A DNA stretch of 64,000 nucleotides from Candidatus Methanosuratincola verstraetei (GTDB taxonomy: Archaea; Thermoproteota; Methanomethylicia; Methanomethylicales; Methanomethylicaceae): contig CP186953.1 of NCBI GenBank assembly GCA_049570475.1, positions 1,120,001-1,184,000 on the forward strand. The letters run 5' to 3'. The position numbers and the translations under genes were made by a program. Below are positions 58,288 to 64,000 of this stretch, one piece after another (the first letter of the stretch is position 1; each line of letters begins with the position of its first letter). The notes beneath the pieces were generated by a model, which made no database searches, was not told the DNA's origin, and was given only the letters and a program-made list of their open reading frames with translations.

Positions 58288-58443
58288 CTATCCCGGAAGC
58301 TTGAATTCCTTCCCGCACCTTGGGCACTTTGCGTAGCCGCACCTTCCGAATGTGACCTCGTTGCATCCGGTGCAAGCAAAAGTCCTGGAGTACATCAGGC
58401 TGAACCTGCTCCCGCAGTTCGGACACACAAGTATGTCGCCCAT
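58288..58443 (-). CDS. Small Cys-rich metal-binding protein, 51 aa (below ORF-track cutoff)
   Basis: MGDILVCPNCGSRFSLMYSRTFACTGCNEVTFGRCGYAKCPRCGKEFKLPG, 7 Cys. Confidence 0.75.
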   Translation of the reverse strand: MGDILVCPNCGSRFSLMYSRTFACTGCNEVTFGRCGYAKCPRCGKEFKLPG

Positions 58444-58518
58444 AAAGACACTTCGAGTTGAATCTGAAAGAGGGAAGACATTATAAACTTGACTGCAGTA
58501 TCTCTTTCGGTGGACTGG

Positions 58519-59196
58519 TTGCCAAAGCCTCTGGTGATTAAGGCTGACGACGACGAAGTGCTCGACGTTGAGCTCGAGGAGGACTTCATAAAGGCAAACG
58601 AGCGGATGGCCGCCCTCAACCGAAGGACTTTTGACAGGGCTGGCGTCCGAGTTGTCGACTTCATGGGGTCAATAGGCTCGGGCAAGACCTCCATAATCGA
58701 GAGGCTCGTAGAGAGCCTGAAAGGCAAGTACCGCATAGGCGTCATAGCCGGGGACACCGCTACGGACATAGACGCCGAGAGGGTATCCAGGCACGGCGTT
58801 CCATCGATCCAGATAAACACGGGAAGGGAGTGCCACCTCGACGCCCCGATCGTGAGGAAGGCAGCCAAGAAGCTGATCCGCGAGGGCGTCAACCTCATAC
58901 TCATAGAGAATGTCGGGAACCTGATTTGCCCTGCCGAGTTCCCGCTCGGGTCCCACCTGAGGGCTGTGGTCGTGAGCGTGACCGAAGGTGAGTACATGAT
59001 AAAGAAGAAGGCAGACATATTCAGGTCTGCTGAGGTTGCGGTCATAAACAAGAAGGACATGTCCGGTCCGATGGGCATCGATGTCGGCGCGCTCGTCAAA
59101 GACGCCCTCGACGCTAACCCGAAGATCAGGGTCGTCGTCACCAGCGCCAGGACAGGCGAGGGCATCGACGACCTGGCCCAGGCACTAGGTCTCTGA
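58519..59196 (+). CDS. hypB: Hydrogenase nickel-incorporation GTPase HypB
   Basis: GSIGSGKT, INTGRECHLDA, ENVGNLICPAEF.LG, SVTEG, NKKD. Confidence 0.92.
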   Translation: MPKPLVIKADDDEVLDVELEEDFIKANERMAALNRRTFDRAGVRVVDFMGSIGSGKTSIIERLVESLKGKYRIGVIAGDTATDIDAERVSRHGVPSIQINTGRECHLDAPIVRKAAKKLIREGVNLILIENVGNLICPAEFPLGSHLRAVVVSVTEGEYMIKKKADIFRSAEVAVINKKDMSGPMGIDVGALVKDALDANPKIRVVVTSARTGEGIDDLAQALGL

Positions 59197-59234
59197 ACGT
59201 CACCTTTTTTTAGCAGACGTTCGATCTATAATCT

Positions 59235-59299
59235 GGCGGATGAAGTGACGATGGTCTCTTGAGCACCAGCTGTGAGAGGCTGATGGGCGAACTGACGCC
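59235..59299 (+). ncRNA. Box C/D methylation guide sRNA
   Basis: Terminal stem GGCG/CGCC, C ATGAAGT 59240-59246, 12-nt guide, D' TTGA 59259-59262, degenerate C' GTGAGAG, guide, D CTGA 59292-59295. Confidence 0.8.
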
Positions 59300-59404
59300 T
59301 TAATTCTGGGGCACTTCGGTGCGGGTCAGCGACAGGGAGCTTCGCATAAGAGATATATACTTGACGCAGAATTTTAACGCATCCTACATTAGGAGGAAAA
59401 AGAC

Positions 59405-60991
59405 TTGTTGAAAAAGGTCCTTGTAGCCAACAGAGGAGAGATCGCCCTTCGTGTCATAAGGGCGTGCAAGGAGATGGAGATCAAGACCGTGGCGGTTTAT
59501 TCCGACGCGGATGCAAACGCAAAGTTCGTATACTATGCTGATGAGGCGGTGCCCATCGGTCCCGGCCCTGCGGCTCAGAGCTACCTCAAGATGGAGAAGA
59601 TCATCGAGGTCGCAAAGCAGACAGGCGCAGAGGGCATCCACCCCGGATACGGCTTCCTTGCCCAGAACGCAAAGTTCGTCAGGATGTGCGAGGAAGCAGG
59701 AATAGAGTTCATCGGGCCAAAGGCGAAGGCCCAGGAGCTCCTCGGCGACAAGCTAGGCGCCAGGAGGAGCATGGAGAAGGCGGGCATCCCAATCGTCCCA
59801 GGTGCGCTGGATGCGGTCCAGGACGACAAGGATGCGCTAGAGACCGCAGAGAAGGCAGGTTACCCTGTGATGGTCAAGCCCGCGGGCGGAGGCGGCGGCA
59901 TCGGGATGCAGGTGTGCAGGTCCAAGGACGAGCTGATCGAGGCGATCAAGAAGGCGCAGCGCCTGGCAGCCTCAGCGTTCTCGAGGCCCGAGGTCTACAT
60001 CGAGAAGTACATCGAGAGGCCGAGGCACATCGAGATCCAGATACTCGCGGACAAGAAGGGCAACTGCATCTACCTCGGAGAGAGGGAGTGCTCGATCCAG
60101 AGGAGGCACCAGAAGCTCATCGAGGAGGCGCCATCCCCGGTCATGTACCTTGATCCGGACCTGAGGAGGAGGATGGGCGAGACCGCCGTCAAGGTCGCGA
60201 AGGTAGCAGGGTACGAGAACGCAGGAACGTGCGAGTTCCTCTACTCTGACGTGACCAAGGAATTCTACTTCCTCGAGGTCAACAGCAGGCTCCAAGTCGA
60301 GCACCCGGTCACAGAGCTGGTTACCGGCATCGACATTGTGAAGGAGCAGCTCAAGATCGCGTCCGGCGAGCCGATGTCCTACGGTCAGAACGATGTGAAG
60401 ATAACCGGGCATGCGATCGAATGCCGCATCAACGCGGAGGACCCGCTGAACAACTTCGTTCCTTCGATCGGTCTGATAACCAACTACATCGAGCCCGGCG
60501 GCATAGGCATAAGGGTCGACAGTGGAATTTATGCAGGCTACACCATCCCGCCGTTCTACGACTCGCTTGCGGTGAAGCTGCTGACCTGGGGCAGGGACAG
60601 GATGGAGGCGATCATGAGGATGCGCCGCGCCCTTGACGAGTTCGTGATCGAGGGCATCCAGACCGTGATCCCGTTCCACAAGGTGATGATGAGGGACGAA
60701 GAGTTCATAGCTGGGCACCTGCACACCGAGCTCATCGCAGAGAGGAACATACTCGACAAGGTAAAGACCCAGGTGGATGCAGACAACGCCTGGAAGAAGA
60801 GCAAGGAGAACGTGCTTGCAAAGCTCGCAGCGAAGCCGGCTGAGGCGCCAGCAGCGGCAGGGGCTCCCGTGACCGACAAGAAGACAGTCGCCCTTGCAGC
60901 CGCTATAGCCTCGTACATCAACAGCAAGCCTCAGAGGCAGCCCGTGAGCAGCGGCTGGGTGATCTCAGGCAGAGTTAAGTCTGCCCGTTGA
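59405..60991 (+). CDS. accC: Biotin carboxylase subunit of acyl-CoA carboxylase
   Basis: [51 protein letters not shown]. Confidence 0.95.
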   Translation: MLKKVLVANRGEIALRVIRACKEMEIKTVAVYSDADANAKFVYYADEAVPIGPGPAAQSYLKMEKIIEVAKQTGAEGIHPGYGFLAQNAKFVRMCEEAGIEFIGPKAKAQELLGDKLGARRSMEKAGIPIVPGALDAVQDDKDALETAEKAGYPVMVKPAGGGGGIGMQVCRSKDELIEAIKKAQRLAASAFSRPEVYIEKYIERPRHIEIQILADKKGNCIYLGERECSIQRRHQKLIEEAPSPVMYLDPDLRRRMGETAVKVAKVAGYENAGTCEFLYSDVTKEFYFLEVNSRLQVEHPVTELVTGIDIVKEQLKIASGEPMSYGQNDVKITGHAIECRINAEDPLNNFVPSIGLITNYIEPGGIGIRVDSGIYAGYTIPPFYDSLAVKLLTWGRDRMEAIMRMRRALDEFVIEGIQTVIPFHKVMMRDEEFIAGHLHTELIAERNILDKVKTQVDADNAWKKSKENVLAKLAAKPAEAPAAAGAPVTDKKTVALAAAIASYINSKPQRQPVSSGWVISGRVKSAR

Positions 60992-61008
60992 ATTGAGGGG
61001 TGTTCTGA

Positions 61009-61419
61009 ATGGCAAAGACAAGCAAATTCCAGTTGAGCCTTGGGAATGTGCAGTACAGCGTTGACCTGACCGAGCGCGCCTACGGGCTCTACGACGTCAA
61101 GGTCAACGACGAGCTCTTCAAGATAAACATAGCCGACCTGATGTCCCCGTCCCTCCAGGCTGCGGGCGCAGCCGGAGGGGCAGGTGGTGCAGGCGGTGCG
61201 CCCGCTGCGGGCAACCTCTGCGCAGCCATGCCTGGGACTGTGATGACGATCAAGTGCAAGCCCGGTGACGAAGTAAAGCCTGGCGACGTCCTGCTGACCC
61301 TCGAGACGATGAAGATGGAGAACCCGATAAAGTCCAACAGGGCAGGCAAGGTTAAGGAGATCAAGGTGGCCCCAGGGAAGTTCGTGAACGTTGGGGACAC
61401 GCTGATAGTGTTTGAGTAA
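61009..61419 (+). CDS. accB: Biotin carboxyl carrier protein
   Basis: [12 protein letters not shown] biotinylation motif, Ala/Gly linker. Confidence 0.93.
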   Translation: MAKTSKFQLSLGNVQYSVDLTERAYGLYDVKVNDELFKINIADLMSPSLQAAGAAGGAGGAGGAPAAGNLCAAMPGTVMTIKCKPGDEVKPGDVLLTLETMKMENPIKSNRAGKVKEIKVAPGKFVNVGDTLIVFE

Positions 61420-61435
61420 TGGAGGAGACCAAGAA

Positions 61436-63010
61436 ATGGCATTCCAAACCTTACCGGAGAAATTCAAGGAATTGGCAGATCTAAAAGAGAAGAAGAAGCT
61501 TGGTGGAGGAAAGGAGGCGATCGACAAGCAGCACGCCGCCGGGAAGCTGACCGCCAGGGAGCGGATCGAGAAGCTCCTTGACCCGGGCAGCTTTGTCGAG
61601 ATCGACGAGTTCGTTGTCCACAGGTGCTATGACTTCGGCATGGAGAAGAAGAAGGCGCTCGGTGATGCTGTCGTCACCGGATATGGCACGATCAACGGCA
61701 GGACCGTATTCGTCTACTCGCAGGACTTCACATTCGTTGGCGGATCGCTCAGCGAGATGCAGGCGAAGAAGATAACCAAAATCCAGGACATGGCGCTCAA
61801 GGCAGGTTGCCCTGTGATCGGGCTAAACGACTCGGGCGGAGCCAGGATCCAAGAAGGGATCAACTCGCTAGCCGGATACGGCGAGATATTCTACAGGAAC
61901 GTCATGGCATCCGGAGTGATCCCGCAGATCATTGCAATCATGGGTCCATGCGCGGGCGGCGCAGTCTACTCGCCTGCACTTGCGGACTTCATCTACATGG
62001 TCAAGAAGACTAGCTACATGTTCATTACCGGGCCAAAGGTAGTCAAGGCGGCAATCGGCGAGGACGTGACCTTCGAGGCTCTGGGAGGCGCAGAGGCGCA
62101 CGCAAAGCTGAGCGGTGTCGCGACAATGGCATGCGAGAATGACGAGGACTGCATCAAGCACATCAAGACGCTTCTGAGCTACCTGCCATCTAACAACATG
62201 GACGACGCGCCTATAGTCGAGTGCGGAGATCCGCCGGACAGGATGGACGAGGCACTTAACGAGGTAGTGCCTGCGGATCCGAAGAAGCCATACGACGTAC
62301 ACGACGTCATCAACTTCGTGTTCGACAAGGGCTCATTCTACGAGCTCCAGCCCATGTACGCTCCAAACGCAGTCATAGGGTTCGCGAGGCTCAACGGAAG
62401 GAGCGTCGGCGTAATTGCAAATCAACCGATGGTCTATGCGGGTTGCCTTGATATCGACTCTTCTGACAAAATAGCCCGATTCGTCAGGACTTGCGACGCA
62501 TTCAACATCCCGCTGATCACCTTCGTTGATGTGCCGGGCTACCTGCCGGGGACGAAGCAGGAGCACGGCGGCGTCATCAGGCATGGTGCAAAGGTCATCT
62601 ATGCATACTCCGAAGCGACGGTCCCGAAGTTGACCGTGATCATGCGCAAGAGCTACGGTGGCGGCTACATCGCAATGTGCAGCAGGCACCTGGGCGCGGA
62701 TGTCGTGTTCGCCTGGCCGACCGCGGAGATCGCTGTGATGGGTCCTGAGGGTGCAGTCGAGATCATCCACAGGAACGAGCTCATGAAGGCGAAGACTCCC
62801 GAGGAAGTCAAGGAGATCACAAACAGGCTAGCCGCGGAATACAGGAACAAGTTCGCGAATCCGTACATAGCTGCAAACATGGGCTACGTCGACGCGGTGA
62901 TCCTGCCGAAGGAGACCCGCCCAATGCTCATCAAGGCGCTAGACGCTCTCTCTACCAAGAGGGATCTCCAGGCAAGGCCCCCGAAGAGGCACGGGAACAT
63001 CCCCGTCTAA
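61436..63010 (+). CDS. pccB: Acyl-CoA carboxylase carboxyltransferase (PccB/MmdA type)
   Basis: [54 protein letters not shown]. Confidence 0.93.
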   Translation: MAFQTLPEKFKELADLKEKKKLGGGKEAIDKQHAAGKLTARERIEKLLDPGSFVEIDEFVVHRCYDFGMEKKKALGDAVVTGYGTINGRTVFVYSQDFTFVGGSLSEMQAKKITKIQDMALKAGCPVIGLNDSGGARIQEGINSLAGYGEIFYRNVMASGVIPQIIAIMGPCAGGAVYSPALADFIYMVKKTSYMFITGPKVVKAAIGEDVTFEALGGAEAHAKLSGVATMACENDEDCIKHIKTLLSYLPSNNMDDAPIVECGDPPDRMDEALNEVVPADPKKPYDVHDVINFVFDKGSFYELQPMYAPNAVIGFARLNGRSVGVIANQPMVYAGCLDIDSSDKIARFVRTCDAFNIPLITFVDVPGYLPGTKQEHGGVIRHGAKVIYAYSEATVPKLTVIMRKSYGGGYIAMCSRHLGADVVFAWPTAEIAVMGPEGAVEIIHRNELMKAKTPEEVKEITNRLAAEYRNKFANPYIAANMGYVDAVILPKETRPMLIKALDALSTKRDLQARPPKRHGNIPV

Positions 63011-63193
63011 TTTTTTCCTTTTTTCCCTTGTTTCGAGTCTTTTAACCGAAGCTCTTACCATTTTCCACTTGATTCTTGTTGCGATTAATGCTGCTCACCG
63101 CCTGCGGTCCAAAGCTGCCCAGCCCGACTCCATAGAAAATCGCAATTTTTATCTATATGGTGCTGTTTCCCTACAACAAAAGGAGGAACCATT

Positions 63194-64000
63194 GTGAAGA
63201 GACCACTAGAGGGTATTAGAGTCCTTAGTCTGACAGGAGCCCTATTCGGACCGTACTGCGGTATGGTCCTAGCAGACCTGGGGGCAGAAGTCATCAAGGT
63301 AGAGAGGCCGATATACGGCGACATGAACCGGGAGTGGGGCCCGTTCTTCCCCAACGTCCAGGGGCCCGACAAGAGTGCCTACTACGTGAGCATCCACAGG
63401 AACCACAAGGGCATAACGCTCAACCTGAAAGACCCCAAGGGGAGGGAGATCCTGAAGGAGCTCGTCAAGAGGAGCGACGTCCTGATAGAGAACTTCAAGC
63501 CGGGCACGCTTGACGAGTGGGGTCTGGGTTATGAGGACCTGAAGAAGGTTAACCCCAAGCTCATCTACGCATGCGGATCGGGATTCGGGCACACCGGACC
63601 TTACAGCAAGTGGCCCAGCTATGACATAATTGGCCAGGCGATGGGCGGCTTCATGGACATGAACGGATGGCCGGACAAGCCCCCAGCGCGGGCTGGCTCG
63701 TCCATAGGCGACATCGTCTCCGGGATGTTCCTGGCGATCGGCGTCCTGGCAGCGCTCAGGTACCGCGAGTGCACAGGCAAGGGCCAGAAGGTGGATGTTG
63801 CCCAGGTAGACTCGATGGTTGCAGTTCTGGAGAACGCAGTGGTCAGGTACACCCTCGAGGGTAAGATTCCGACAAGGATCGGCTCGAAGCACCCAACGAT
63901 CACCCCGTTCGACATCTTCCAAGCAAAGGACGGCTACGTCGTGATCGCCGCTGGGAATGACGCAATATTCAAGAGGTTCTGCACGGCGATAGGCAAGCCT
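63194..64000 (+). CDS. CaiB/BaiF family III CoA-transferase, 3'-truncated by window edge
   Basis: GGAGG SD, GTG start; RPLEGIRVL, GPYCGMVLADLGAEVIKVE, ENFKPG, SGFGHTGPY, YDIIGQAMGG. Confidence 0.9.
   Translation, partial: MKRPLEGIRVLSLTGALFGPYCGMVLADLGAEVIKVERPIYGDMNREWGPFFPNVQGPDKSAYYVSIHRNHKGITLNLKDPKGREILKELVKRSDVLIENFKPGTLDEWGLGYEDLKKVNPKLIYACGSGFGHTGPYSKWPSYDIIGQAMGGFMDMNGWPDKPPARAGSSIGDIVSGMFLAIGVLAALRYRECTGKGQKVDVAQVDSMVAVLENAVVRYTLEGKIPTRIGSKHPTITPFDIFQAKDGYVVIAAGNDAIFKRFCTAIGKP

Noticed and set aside
1-64000. CRISPR array, transposase, integrase, intein or rRNA
   Set aside because: No regularly spaced repeats or recognisable motifs; all repeats found lie inside coding regions

Overview
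GC-rich archaeal chromosomal segment of TACK/Thermoproteota type (HMf-like histone, PolB1, eS17/eS26, archaeal ThrRS, GatDE, CofE; a Methanomethylicia/Verstraetearchaeota-like host is my inference only). Mostly housekeeping genes, plus a complete type IV pilus locus whose last pilin is a ~2,090-aa protein with 17 SdrD-B/CnaB-like repeats, a putative glycolytic operon (ferredoxin, W/Mo oxidoreductase, class I aldolase, PfkB kinase) and a biotin carboxylase operon. The strongest novelty is in purA: its P-loop (GDEGKGK) is interrupted by a 28-nt frameshifting insert that folds into a tRNA-type bulge-helix-bulge motif. Cutting at the standard endonuclease positions restores the reading frame exactly, so this is a probable BHB intron in a metabolic mRNA. 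The window also has features absent from the ORF track: two intron-containing tRNA-Arg genes (one with two introns), two box C/D guide RNAs and two small proteins. All family assignments come from motif recognition, not database searches.
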